Shown here: piece after piece, positions 29,591-38,601 of the stretch
Numbering within the stretch: the first letter of the stretch is position 1
How the letters are laid out: every line of letters starts with the position of its first letter
Assembly: GCA_965208125.1 (NCBI GenBank)
Contig: OZ242320.1
Location: 4,576,001-4,640,000, forward strand
Direction: 5' to 3'
Source of the DNA: Candidatus Latescibacterota bacterium
GTDB lineage: Bacteria > Latescibacterota > UBA2968
Length of the DNA: 64,000 nt
Notes under the pieces: generated by a model
What the model saw: the letters and a program-made list of their open reading frames with translations, nothing else
Databases searched by the model: none
What the model was told of the DNA's origin: nothing
Made by a program: the position numbers and the translations under genes

Positions 29591-30757
29591 ATGAAGATCA
29601 CTGAGGTGGAACCCATCCTGCTCACGGTTGATATGCCGGAAGAGCATCCTTTGCGATGGTCGGGAGGAGAAACAGACAGCGTAAACTGCGCGCTGGTGCG
29701 GGTGCATACCGACGAAGGCGTCACCGGTCTGGGAGATTGCTACGGGCCGGGGTTTGTCGCGGGTGAAGCCACGGCTGAGTTGTTCCGCCTGTTCGGGCAG
29801 TTTCTCCGGGGCAAAGACCCACGAGACGTGGCCGGGTGTTACGAGATGATGTACCGTCGCATCCTGTACTGGGGTCGGTCCGGGCTGGCAGTAGCAGCGG
29901 CCAGTGCGGTCGAGAACGCCCTGTGGGATATTGCGGGGAAAGCGGCCAGCGTGCCGGCATATCGCCTGCTGGGAGGGTTGTGCCACGAGAAGCTGCCAAT
30001 TTATGCCAGCGGCGGTCTGGAACAGCCTCTGGAGGATCTGAAAGCAGAGATGAGAGCGCATCTTGAAGCGGGGTTTCGAGCCGTGAAGATGCGGATTGGC
30101 GTGAATCGGGAACACGATCTGGAACGGGTGGCCGCGTGCAGGGAAGTGCTGGGACCTGAGGTGAAGTTGATGGCGGACGCGGTGATGGGACACAACCCGG
30201 ATCCGTGGACGGCAGCCGACGCAGTCCGGGTAGCGAAGGCTTTAGAGCCTTACGATTTGTTCTGGCTGGAGGAGCCTTGTTTTGCGGCGGACTACGAGGG
30301 CTATGCCCATGTCCGTCGAAATACCTGTATTCCCATTTCGGGCGGTGAGAGTTCGTGCATGCGGTATGAGTTCAAACATTTTTTTGAGCGTCAGGCATTG
30401 GATGTGGCTCAGCCAGATGCGTGTCAGGCAGGGGGCATCTTAGAGTGTATGAAGGTGGCTGCGATGGCCGACGCCTATGGTGTAAAAGTGGCGCCCCACG
30501 CCTGGGGGACTTCGATCACGGTCGCAGCCAACCTGGCTTGGGCATTTGTCACGCCCAATACCGTGCTTGCCGAGTATCCGACCTGGCATTTCCCGCTCAC
30601 AGATGCGCTATTTGTGGAAAAACCGCGGATTGAAGATGGGATGGTTTATCCTCCAACAACGCCTGGACTGGGAGTAGAACTTCCGAAAGAGCTGGAGGAA
30701 AAGTACCGTTACCGACCGGAAGCTTCCAGGCTGGATATGCGGAGAGAAAGAGAATGA
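29591..30757 (+). CDS. Mandelate racemase family enolase
   Basis: ALWDIAGK, YASGG, KMR, MAD, LEEP, GGE, QPD, APH, PGLG. Confidence 0.92.
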   Translation: MKITEVEPILLTVDMPEEHPLRWSGGETDSVNCALVRVHTDEGVTGLGDCYGPGFVAGEATAELFRLFGQFLRGKDPRDVAGCYEMMYRRILYWGRSGLAVAAASAVENALWDIAGKAASVPAYRLLGGLCHEKLPIYASGGLEQPLEDLKAEMRAHLEAGFRAVKMRIGVNREHDLERVAACREVLGPEVKLMADAVMGHNPDPWTAADAVRVAKALEPYDLFWLEEPCFAADYEGYAHVRRNTCIPISGGESSCMRYEFKHFFERQALDVAQPDACQAGGILECMKVAAMADAYGVKVAPHAWGTSITVAANLAWAFVTPNTVLAEYPTWHFPLTDALFVEKPRIEDGMVYPPTTPGLGVELPKELEEKYRYRPEASRLDMRRERE

Positions 30758-31308
30758 AATTCGGTACTGATGAAGGACGCCTGATCGAGCAATGGAGCGT
30801 TGATGGCGGGGAATACATGATGCGCACAGCACGCTGGAGCGATCTGGCATCCTATGGAGCGATGCACCGCGAGTTGTATAAGGAGCAGGTGATGGCGAGT
30901 CCAAAGAACGCCGATACCCGGGTCGCAGGAGAAGCACTCGGCGGGAGACTTACGGACATGGCCTGTGGTGTCGGCGTGCTACTGGTCGTGGAGACAGACG
31001 GGCGGATCGTAGGAGAAGGGACGCTTCAGCGCTCCAACGGGAACGATTCGATTACTCTGGGGCTGCTGATTCTCAAGGATTTTCGAGATAAGAGGATCGG
31101 CAGGCGGCTGATGGGTGCATTAGAGGACGAGGCGCGCCAGCTCGGCAAACGGCGAATTGATCTAACGGTCTGGAGTGCCAACGAACGGGGCTACCACCTC
31201 TATACCAGCATGGGCTATCGGGAAATCGGGCGGTTTCCGGATTGGATCCGCTCGGATCTTGCGCCAGGAGGGACATCCGACCTCGTGTGGATGTTGAAGG
31301 ATCTGTAG
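30754..31308 (+). CDS. GNAT family N-acetyltransferase
   Basis: FRDKRIGRRLM acetyl-CoA motif; L.V..ANE....LY...GY. Confidence 0.85.
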   Translation: MKFGTDEGRLIEQWSVDGGEYMMRTARWSDLASYGAMHRELYKEQVMASPKNADTRVAGEALGGRLTDMACGVGVLLVVETDGRIVGEGTLQRSNGNDSITLGLLILKDFRDKRIGRRLMGALEDEARQLGKRRIDLTVWSANERGYHLYTSMGYREIGRFPDWIRSDLAPGGTSDLVWMLKDL

Positions 31309-31353
31309 GTTTGCAGGATCAGAAAATCGTATATGAAGAAAAAAGGAGGATCG

Positions 31354-32223
31354 ATGTCGAAGAAAGGCTATCGGGTGGACTGCCACACACACCTCTGGCG
31401 CTATCCGGGCGAGTTGACCGACGAATTGGCGCGCGAGACTTTTATTATGCGCAATAAAGAGGTAGATCTGGATATTACACCCGATATGCACATGGCAGCC
31501 GTGGCAGAGGTGGACTGCGCTATCGTGTTCGGGTTGCGGGCACCACTGACGGGCTTTTTTACTGTCAATGATACGGTTGCTGATTACGTGCGTACGCATC
31601 CGGTGAAGATGATCGGTTTTGCTGCGATCTGTCCAACGGAGGACAACGCGCTTGAGGAGGTTGAGCGCGCGGTCAAAGAGCTGGGGTTGCGGGGCCTGAA
31701 GATGAGTCCGATCTACGGTGGGTGGGACCCATTGGATGCGAATGCGCTGGCCATTTTTGCCAGGGCAGAAGAGTACGGGTTGCCCATTATGTTTCATCAG
31801 GGAACGACTTTTCCGCGCAAGGCACCGCTGAAGTATGCGAATCCCGTTCTGCTGGAGGAGATCGCGCTCCGGTTTCCAGATCTAAAAATGATAATCGCCC
31901 ATCTGGGACATCCCTGGGAGGCGGAGACTATTGTCCTGATCCGGAAGCAGCCAAATGTGTTTTCGGATATTTCGGGTCTGTTCTACCGCCCCTGGCAGTT
32001 CTACAACTCGTTGCGGCTGGCGGTCGAGTACGGAGTTGTGGATAAACTGCTTTTTGGAACAGATTATCCTGTGGCTACTTTTGAGGAAACAGTGGAAGGG
32101 CTGCACCAGGTGGTCCGGCTTTCCCTGGAGATGCGGTTGCCTCCGCTTCCAGAAGACCTGCCGGATCAGATTCTGTACCGCGATACCCTTGGTCTGCTGG
32201 GGCTTTCTGATACTGTGATCTGA
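31354..32223 (+). CDS. Amidohydrolase (Amidohydro_2 family)
   Basis: VDCHTH, GLK, FHQG, AHLG, LFGTDYP. Confidence 0.9.
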   Translation: MSKKGYRVDCHTHLWRYPGELTDELARETFIMRNKEVDLDITPDMHMAAVAEVDCAIVFGLRAPLTGFFTVNDTVADYVRTHPVKMIGFAAICPTEDNALEEVERAVKELGLRGLKMSPIYGGWDPLDANALAIFARAEEYGLPIMFHQGTTFPRKAPLKYANPVLLEEIALRFPDLKMIIAHLGHPWEAETIVLIRKQPNVFSDISGLFYRPWQFYNSLRLAVEYGVVDKLLFGTDYPVATFEETVEGLHQVVRLSLEMRLPPLPEDLPDQILYRDTLGLLGLSDTVI

Positions 32224-32257
32224 CGCTCGCGTTTCAGCATATTGAAAGGAGATGTTG

Positions 32258-33541
32258 ATGGGAAAGCTGGCATTGACGGGTGGTTCTAAGGCGGTAACGC
32301 TCGACAGAAGAAAATTCGCGGTTCCCCCTGTGAGTGAGGAGGCGATTGCAGCGGTGGTAGAACTGATGCGCAAGGGCGAGACTTCCATTTCACCATCGGT
32401 TGCCGAGTTCGAGCGCGAGTTCGCCGATTACGTCGGTTGTGAATACGGGCTGGCGCTTACCAGCGGTACGGCAGCGCTTCAAACGGCCCTGTTTGCGGTG
32501 GGGGTGGAGCCAGGCGATGAGGTTATTGTTCCTTCCTTCACATTTCTTACTACAGCGACGACTGTGCCGGCTATGGGGGGAGTCACTGTTTTTGCCGATG
32601 TAGATCGCGATACGATGACTCTGGATCCCACCGACATTGAGCGGAAGATTACAGGGCGGACCCGTGCGATTGTCGTTTGCCACGTCTGGGGTAATCCTGC
32701 GGATATGGAATCGATTTTAAAACTGGCACGCCCGCGAGGAATTGCCGTGATTGAGGACTGTTCGCACGCCCACGGGGCGACCTGGCAGGGAAAGAAAGTC
32801 GGTTCTGTAGGCGATGTCGGTTGTTTCAGTTGCCAGGGATCCAAGCTGGTTGCGGCGGGGGAGGGCGGTGTACTCACGACAAACGACCGCGACCTGTACG
32901 AGCGGGCTATTGTGCTGGGCCGTCCGGAAAAGCGTGCCGAAATTCGAGAGGATTCATGGATAAAACGCTTTGCCTTCACAGGGTTGGGTTTCAAATATCG
33001 TCCCCACCCACTGGGCATTGCAATCGCCCGCGAGCAACTTCATCACCTGGATGAGATGAACGAAATCCGAGACCGCAATGGTGCGGTCCTGGACACCGGG
33101 CTGGCAGATGTGGCAGATGTGGTGCCTCAGCGAGTGCTTCCGGGTTGTCGGCGCGTTTACAATAGCCACTGTATGCGGTATGATCCGGATAGGCTTGGAG
33201 GTGTTTCGGTCGAGACCTTCCTGCGGGCGCTCTCAGCAGAGGGCGTGGGTATCGGCAGAATGAGATACGGACATTTGCACGGGAATCCGATTTTCACGGA
33301 GGGATTTCCCTATGGTACGAAGGCTGCGACGTTGAGCGCACAGGGACATGATGCGTCGGATTTTGCAAATGGCCCACTTCCAGTGACAGAACATCTCAGA
33401 GAGTATGCTTTTCGCGCGGCTCCCCGGCTCGAAACGGAGTGTCGAGAACTGATCAACCAGTATCTGGATGCCTACCACAAGGTGGCATCGGCCGTCGATG
33501 AACTCCTAACTTACGAGAAAGAGCACAAATCAGAGGCTTAG
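32258..33541 (+). CDS. DegT/DnrJ/EryC1/StrS aminotransferase
   Basis: SGTAAL, GDEVIVP, IEDCSHAHG, FSCQGSK, GEGG. Confidence 0.93.
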   Translation: MGKLALTGGSKAVTLDRRKFAVPPVSEEAIAAVVELMRKGETSISPSVAEFEREFADYVGCEYGLALTSGTAALQTALFAVGVEPGDEVIVPSFTFLTTATTVPAMGGVTVFADVDRDTMTLDPTDIERKITGRTRAIVVCHVWGNPADMESILKLARPRGIAVIEDCSHAHGATWQGKKVGSVGDVGCFSCQGSKLVAAGEGGVLTTNDRDLYERAIVLGRPEKRAEIREDSWIKRFAFTGLGFKYRPHPLGIAIAREQLHHLDEMNEIRDRNGAVLDTGLADVADVVPQRVLPGCRRVYNSHCMRYDPDRLGGVSVETFLRALSAEGVGIGRMRYGHLHGNPIFTEGFPYGTKAATLSAQGHDASDFANGPLPVTEHLREYAFRAAPRLETECRELINQYLDAYHKVASAVDELLTYEKEHKSEA

Positions 33542-33561
33542 AAGAGACACGGAGGTGTGTT

Positions 33562-34293
33562 ATGACACCCAAAGAGATAACAAATCCTGCTCCGACATTG
33601 ACGGACGAGACATTGGAAATCGAAGATCTGGCGTATCGGGATCCCACATTTAGCTGGGCGGGGTATCCCGAAGATGGATTGGTTTTACACCTGAGCGTTC
33701 GGGACCTGCCCCGGAAGGTGGATACGCGACCTTCGGGAATGAAGCGAGAGGCGCACAATCAAGATTACGTCTGGTTCCGACGGGAAGAGGTGCTGTCTAT
33801 GATTCCACTGGATGCGGCTGTGGGTGATGTCATTCCCATGCCCGATGGACTGGTCAGACGGCTGGTGCGTTATCATCTTGCCGATTACGTTCGAGGGGAA
33901 ACGTCTTCGTGGCCGTCCGAGGCGATCCGAGATGCGTCTATGACATTGACGGTGACTGAGGAGACACCGGAATGGATGGATTTAAGGCTTTCCGGATCCG
34001 CGCAGTTGTTCTCGGAGGGGAGTTGGTACGAGGGCGCATGTCGAGAACGGGGGCTGGATGTATCGCTGTTGGGTTATCTCTGTTTTGATCTGCGGACGGA
34101 ACGGTTCGTGAAGTTCGATATTGTGGCGGTGGGATCGCGGTGGGGCGGCACGGACTACAACGTACGGCAGGACGATTTGGAGCCTGCACCTATCGGGATT
34201 GCGATGACGATTGCCGGACAAGAGGCGAGGGATCGCACCGCGCCGCATGCGTGTCAGAGATGGGGTGGTTTGGAATGGTATTTTAACGCGTGA
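33562..34293 (+). CDS. Hypothetical protein
   Basis: GGAGG RBS; last gene before a terminator; motifs GLVL....RDL, D.VW, HL.D.VRGE. Confidence 0.75.
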   Translation: MTPKEITNPAPTLTDETLEIEDLAYRDPTFSWAGYPEDGLVLHLSVRDLPRKVDTRPSGMKREAHNQDYVWFRREEVLSMIPLDAAVGDVIPMPDGLVRRLVRYHLADYVRGETSSWPSEAIRDASMTLTVTEETPEWMDLRLSGSAQLFSEGSWYEGACRERGLDVSLLGYLCFDLRTERFVKFDIVAVGSRWGGTDYNVRQDDLEPAPIGIAMTIAGQEARDRTAPHACQRWGGLEWYFNA

Positions 34294-34323
34294 TTTGATA
34301 GTTGGGATGTGTTTGTCATCTTC

Positions 34324-34351
34324 AAAAAACTCGGCAAGAGCCGAGTTTTTT
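34324..34351. terminator. Bidirectional intrinsic terminator
   Basis: AAAAAACTCGGC-AAGA-GCCGAGTTTTTT perfect hairpin with A and T tracts. Confidence 0.88.
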
Positions 34352-34452
34352 GTTTTTACCCACGGATTTTTTAAAGGGGAACGCCAGACCAGAGATACAG
34401 GTCTAATAATTCAGGGCCGAGGAGAGTAACCGATCCACCGGAGAGGGAAAAA

Positions 34453-36018
34453 ATGACCAGATACACACATAAATTGCCTGATTCTATTGACCGGAGGGAT
34501 TTTATTCATCTGGCCGGTCTTGGCACAATGGGTGCGCTTGTTCTGGGGCTGGATGTTCCTGTTGGCGCACAAAAACAACCCAATTTTATCTTTATGGTTT
34601 CTGACGATCAGGGGTGGGACGGGCTTTCGGTGCAGATGCACGATGCGATTGCCGGTTCAAAGAGCGACTTTTATCAGACCCCTAATCTCGAGAAATTGGC
34701 ACAGCAGGGCATGCGCTTTTCGGCTGCTTATTCGCCTTCGCCCGTTTGTTCGCCAACGCGATGCAGCCTTCAAACGGGTAAGAGTCCGGCACAGAACCAC
34801 TGGACAAAGGCATCCCCTATCCTGACTGCCGCAGACGGCCGTAAACTCATCCCGCCGATGCATGGTAGAAATCTTTCCAGTGGTGAGATAACCCTTGCTG
34901 AAATGTTGAAACAGGCCGGTTATACCACGGCACATTATGGCAAGTGGCATCTCGGTGGTGGTGGACCGGGAAACCACGGTTATGACGTACACGATGGAAA
35001 TACGGGTAACAGGGATGCAGCTCGTCATGTCGATCCCAATCCAGTAGATATATTCGGTATGTCCCGGCGTGCCAATGCGTTTATGGAGGAGAATACAGAA
35101 GCGGGCAAGCCGTTCTTTATCCAGTTGTCTTACTATGCTCTGCACTATCCCCGGAATGCGCTGGAAAGCACGCGGCAGGCATACTTAAATCGGCCGAGAG
35201 GGCGCGTCCATCAGAATGTCAATCGCGCGGCGATTACAGAAGACCTAGATACGGGTGTGGGTATGATCATGGACCAAGTTGAGAAACTCGGTATTGGTGA
35301 TCATACATATCTGATTTACATGTCTGATAATGGTGCTGTGGGAGGTGGTTTGGGTGTGTTGCGCGGGTCGAAGGGGTCTTTATGGGAGGGAGGAATCCGC
35401 GTGCCGTTGATCATCCAGGGGCCTGGTATAGAGCCAAATACGTTTTGTGATGAACGCGTGGTCGGTATTGATTTGTTTCCCACGCTTTGCGAATTGGGGG
35501 GCGTGAGTCAGCCGTTGCCATCGGGTATTGAGGGGGGTAGCATCACATCGTTATTATCTGGTGGTACGGGCGCGGTGGAGAGACCACGTGAGGAGATTGT
35601 GTTTCATTTTCCGCACTATCAAAGCGGGGATGGACCACATTCTGCTATTGTACAAGGCGATTACAAGTTGCTCAAATTTTACGAGACTGATGAAGTGCGG
35701 TTATACGATTTGGCCAATGATATTGGGGAACAAAATGATTTGTCCAAAGATATGGGAGAAGAGGCGATGCGTCTGCGCGAACGGCTCGAACAGTATCTGG
35801 TATCTGTTGACGCTCAGTTGCCCGTGCCGAATCCGAATTATGGACCAGGCAAATCAAGTGATTTTAATAGCGATGGGCAAATCGATTTCCAGGATTTTCT
35901 GGAATTTGCCAGAGCTTATGGGTCGGAGGAAGCTCGGTTTGATCTGGATAATAGCGGTCGTGTGGATTTTGCCGATTTTTTGAGGTTTATACAAGATTTT
36001 GGAAGTTCAGGAAATTAA
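34453..36018 (+). CDS. Tat-exported sulfatase with C-terminal dockerin/EF-hand-like tag
   Basis: DRRDFI Tat motif, SDDQG, CSPTR, GKWH, SDNG; C-terminal DFNSDGQIDFQDFLEF..AYG....FDLDNSGRVDFADFLRF..DFG. Confidence 0.93.
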   Translation: MTRYTHKLPDSIDRRDFIHLAGLGTMGALVLGLDVPVGAQKQPNFIFMVSDDQGWDGLSVQMHDAIAGSKSDFYQTPNLEKLAQQGMRFSAAYSPSPVCSPTRCSLQTGKSPAQNHWTKASPILTAADGRKLIPPMHGRNLSSGEITLAEMLKQAGYTTAHYGKWHLGGGGPGNHGYDVHDGNTGNRDAARHVDPNPVDIFGMSRRANAFMEENTEAGKPFFIQLSYYALHYPRNALESTRQAYLNRPRGRVHQNVNRAAITEDLDTGVGMIMDQVEKLGIGDHTYLIYMSDNGAVGGGLGVLRGSKGSLWEGGIRVPLIIQGPGIEPNTFCDERVVGIDLFPTLCELGGVSQPLPSGIEGGSITSLLSGGTGAVERPREEIVFHFPHYQSGDGPHSAIVQGDYKLLKFYETDEVRLYDLANDIGEQNDLSKDMGEEAMRLRERLEQYLVSVDAQLPVPNPNYGPGKSSDFNSDGQIDFQDFLEFARAYGSEEARFDLDNSGRVDFADFLRFIQDFGSSGN

Positions 36019-36051
36019 AAATAAATATCTGTTTATACAGGAGATTATTTC

Positions 36052-37368
36052 ATGAAAATTGTTGGATTTGCGATTGTCGCGTGTTTGTTGTGCGCTTCGA
36101 AACCGAATGCGTGTAGTGCGGATTTGGATAAGGATGGCGAGGTAGGGTTTTCCGACTTTCTGGTGTTGGCTGCCCAATTCGGTCAAACGTGTCCACCTGA
36201 AATGCCGGATACTCTGAGTGCGTTATCCGTAGAGGCAGGCTATGGTCGGATCGTGCTTCCGGGTACACAGGTGGATCTCAATGCCACGCTTACCAATGGT
36301 CCAGGCGCCCGTGTTGTGTGGCGGCAAGTGCAAGGGGCGTCGGCGACGATCAGTTCACCCAATGCGCTTCAGACGACGGTTAGCGTTCCTGTCAATGTCA
36401 GCAGTGCGGAGACTTTGCTGTTTGAAGTGCGTGCGGAGATGGAATCGGGACAACAAGCATCGGATACGGTTTGGATCGAGGTGTACGTACCTGAACAGAA
36501 TCCCGCCGACCTGACGCTTGTGGCAGATTTTTCGCCGAAAGTTGGTTGGGAGTGCAACCAGGATCCAGTAGAGGTTCCAGAGGTTCAGACCCGTGTTTTG
36601 GAAAATACCATCGAATACACTACCAATGGCATTCCCGCCCATGCGACGGGAATATTTCCCAATCGGGGCAATCCGAACATGATTTGGTCGGTGCCGCAAA
36701 CCTGGCGCATTCCCCGCTATCCCGAAAAGACGGACACGCCTACTGAAATGGCTGTATTTGGCATCACGCTCGAGGGCATCAAACTCGAACGCGACACTGC
36801 CGAAAGTTACCGCAACCAGCGGCAGTGGAATTACGAGGCGCTGACCCCGGGTATGGCGCGTCGATTGAGCGGCAATGCACGGTTCGAATGGCTGGGTACA
36901 GATTGCAATAACGCGCACGTTCAGCCGACGGGTATTTACCACTACCACGGCGTGCCGCATAGCTTGATAAATGAAATCACGAGTGGGATGGAAGGAGAGG
37001 AGATGGTATTGGTAGGATATGCTGCCGACGGTTTTCCGGTTTATGTCGCCAGCGGACCCAATGCTCCTGAGGGAAGTTGGGAATTGCGCCAGGGTACGCG
37101 AGAAAGTGGACCCGGGGGAGAATACGATGGCACGTTTCGGGAAGATTGGCAATTTGTCGAGGGATCGGGCGACCTCGACCAGTGCAATGGGCGATTTGGA
37201 GTTACGCTCGAGTTTCCGGAAGGAATATACCATTACTATCTTACCGATGACTACCCGTACATGCCCCGCTGTGTATGGGGGACACCAGATCCTTCGTTCA
37301 GACAACGTCGAGCCGGCCGACCTCCCGGCGGTCCTGGTTTTAGAAGGCGTCCACCACGCCGTTACTGA
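36052..37368 (+). CDS. Secreted YHYH protein with single EF-hand tag and PKD/Ig-like domain
   Basis: Signal peptide; CSADLDKDGEVGFSDFLVLAAQFGQTC; TNGIPAH; DCNNAHVQPTGIYHYHG; GYAADGFPVY; LDQCNG; YHYYLT; Arg/Pro-rich tail. Confidence 0.88.
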   Translation: MKIVGFAIVACLLCASKPNACSADLDKDGEVGFSDFLVLAAQFGQTCPPEMPDTLSALSVEAGYGRIVLPGTQVDLNATLTNGPGARVVWRQVQGASATISSPNALQTTVSVPVNVSSAETLLFEVRAEMESGQQASDTVWIEVYVPEQNPADLTLVADFSPKVGWECNQDPVEVPEVQTRVLENTIEYTTNGIPAHATGIFPNRGNPNMIWSVPQTWRIPRYPEKTDTPTEMAVFGITLEGIKLERDTAESYRNQRQWNYEALTPGMARRLSGNARFEWLGTDCNNAHVQPTGIYHYHGVPHSLINEITSGMEGEEMVLVGYAADGFPVYVASGPNAPEGSWELRQGTRESGPGGEYDGTFREDWQFVEGSGDLDQCNGRFGVTLEFPEGIYHYYLTDDYPYMPRCVWGTPDPSFRQRRAGRPPGGPGFRRRPPRRY

Positions 37369-37417
37369 TCTGGTATTCATAGATTGAACAATATTCGTGT
37401 GGAGGACAACAGACATC

Positions 37418-38575
37418 ATGTTCTTAAAATTATTGAAATCAAAATGGGCTTTGGGTGCGATCTTCACTTTATTTTGTATTTTTAGCCCAATCACTTTGAA
37501 AGCGTCACTGCCCGATTTTGATGGGAATGGCAAAGTCGATTTTGCCGATTTTCTACTTTTTGTAGCTGTATTTGGGCAATCGGCAGTTGGGCAAAATGCG
37601 ATTTACGATCTGGATACAAGTGGAACAGTCGATTTTGGAGATTTTTTAATTTTTGTCAGTGCATTTGGACAACCCATCTCTAATACTGTTCTCGGTGTTA
37701 GCACTCAGGGTTTTGCAACGCAAACAATTTCCAATTTGCTCGATTGTCCCGGGGGGCGCATAAGTCGTGTGGGGACAATTACATCTGACGATGGCAATGT
37801 GTGGATTATGCCTGCCGAGACGCAATACACAACCGCAAGACAGGCATCGGACATGTATAATCAATGCACAAGTGTTTTCACTTCCAATAGCAGTGCTCTC
37901 AATTTGTCGGCTGTGCCAGTCGTAGAGATTGATCAAGGTGGTGAGACGATTACGGGATATATCTTTGCTGACAATTACTTTGAATTGTATGTGAACGGTA
38001 CCTTGATTGCTGTTGATGCAGTTCCGTTCACACCGTTTAATTCGAGCATGGTTCGGTTTAAGGTTAAGCGACCATTTACGATTGCAATGAAGTTGGTCGA
38101 TTGGGAAGAGAATCTGGGGCTTGGCACAGAAGCTAATCGCAATTTTTTACATCATCCGGGAGATGGTGGTCTGGTAGCGAGTTTTCACGATGCCAATGGA
38201 AATACGGTTGCAATTACAAATGATCAATGGAAAGCGCAGACTTTCTATATTGCACCGATTAGAGATTTGAGTTGTATTGTCGAGAAGGAGACCGAGCATT
38301 TGTCCGGCGACTGTGACACGCGTGATACAAATGATGGCAGTCAATTTTACGCAATGCACTATCCCGTCCCATCGAACTGGTACGATAGCGACTTTGATGA
38401 TTCAGCCTGGCCACAAGCCTATACTTATACAAATGCGACAGTTGGTGTGAACAACAAACCCGCATATACAAATTTTACGGATCTATTTGATGATCCTGAG
38501 CACGATGCACAATTTATCTGGTCATCGAATCTCATTTTGGACAATGAAGTGATTGTGCGATATACCGTAAAGTAA
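37418..38575 (+). CDS. Secreted protein: dockerin/EF-hand-like tag plus putative CBM67/lectin-like beta-sandwich
   Basis: Signal peptide; DFDGNGKVDFADF / DLDTSGTVDFGDF; FADNYFELYVNG...TNDQWK...FDDSAWPQA. Confidence 0.75.
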   Translation: MFLKLLKSKWALGAIFTLFCIFSPITLKASLPDFDGNGKVDFADFLLFVAVFGQSAVGQNAIYDLDTSGTVDFGDFLIFVSAFGQPISNTVLGVSTQGFATQTISNLLDCPGGRISRVGTITSDDGNVWIMPAETQYTTARQASDMYNQCTSVFTSNSSALNLSAVPVVEIDQGGETITGYIFADNYFELYVNGTLIAVDAVPFTPFNSSMVRFKVKRPFTIAMKLVDWEENLGLGTEANRNFLHHPGDGGLVASFHDANGNTVAITNDQWKAQTFYIAPIRDLSCIVEKETEHLSGDCDTRDTNDGSQFYAMHYPVPSNWYDSDFDDSAWPQAYTYTNATVGVNNKPAYTNFTDLFDDPEHDAQFIWSSNLILDNEVIVRYTVK

Positions 38576-38601
38576 TGTTATGCTATGGAGGAATTGGACC
38601 A

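Noticed and set aside
33400-34293. Selenocysteine or stop-codon readthrough joining neighbouring ORFs
   Set aside because: The upstream gene ends in TAG and the downstream gene has its own RBS; no in-frame TGA or SECIS evidence was seen.
36355-37533. 392-aa minus-strand ORF and many other long antisense ORFs (e.g. 27299..28267, 54458..55408)
   Set aside because: They lie opposite genes with clear family motifs and show no motifs or RBS of their own.
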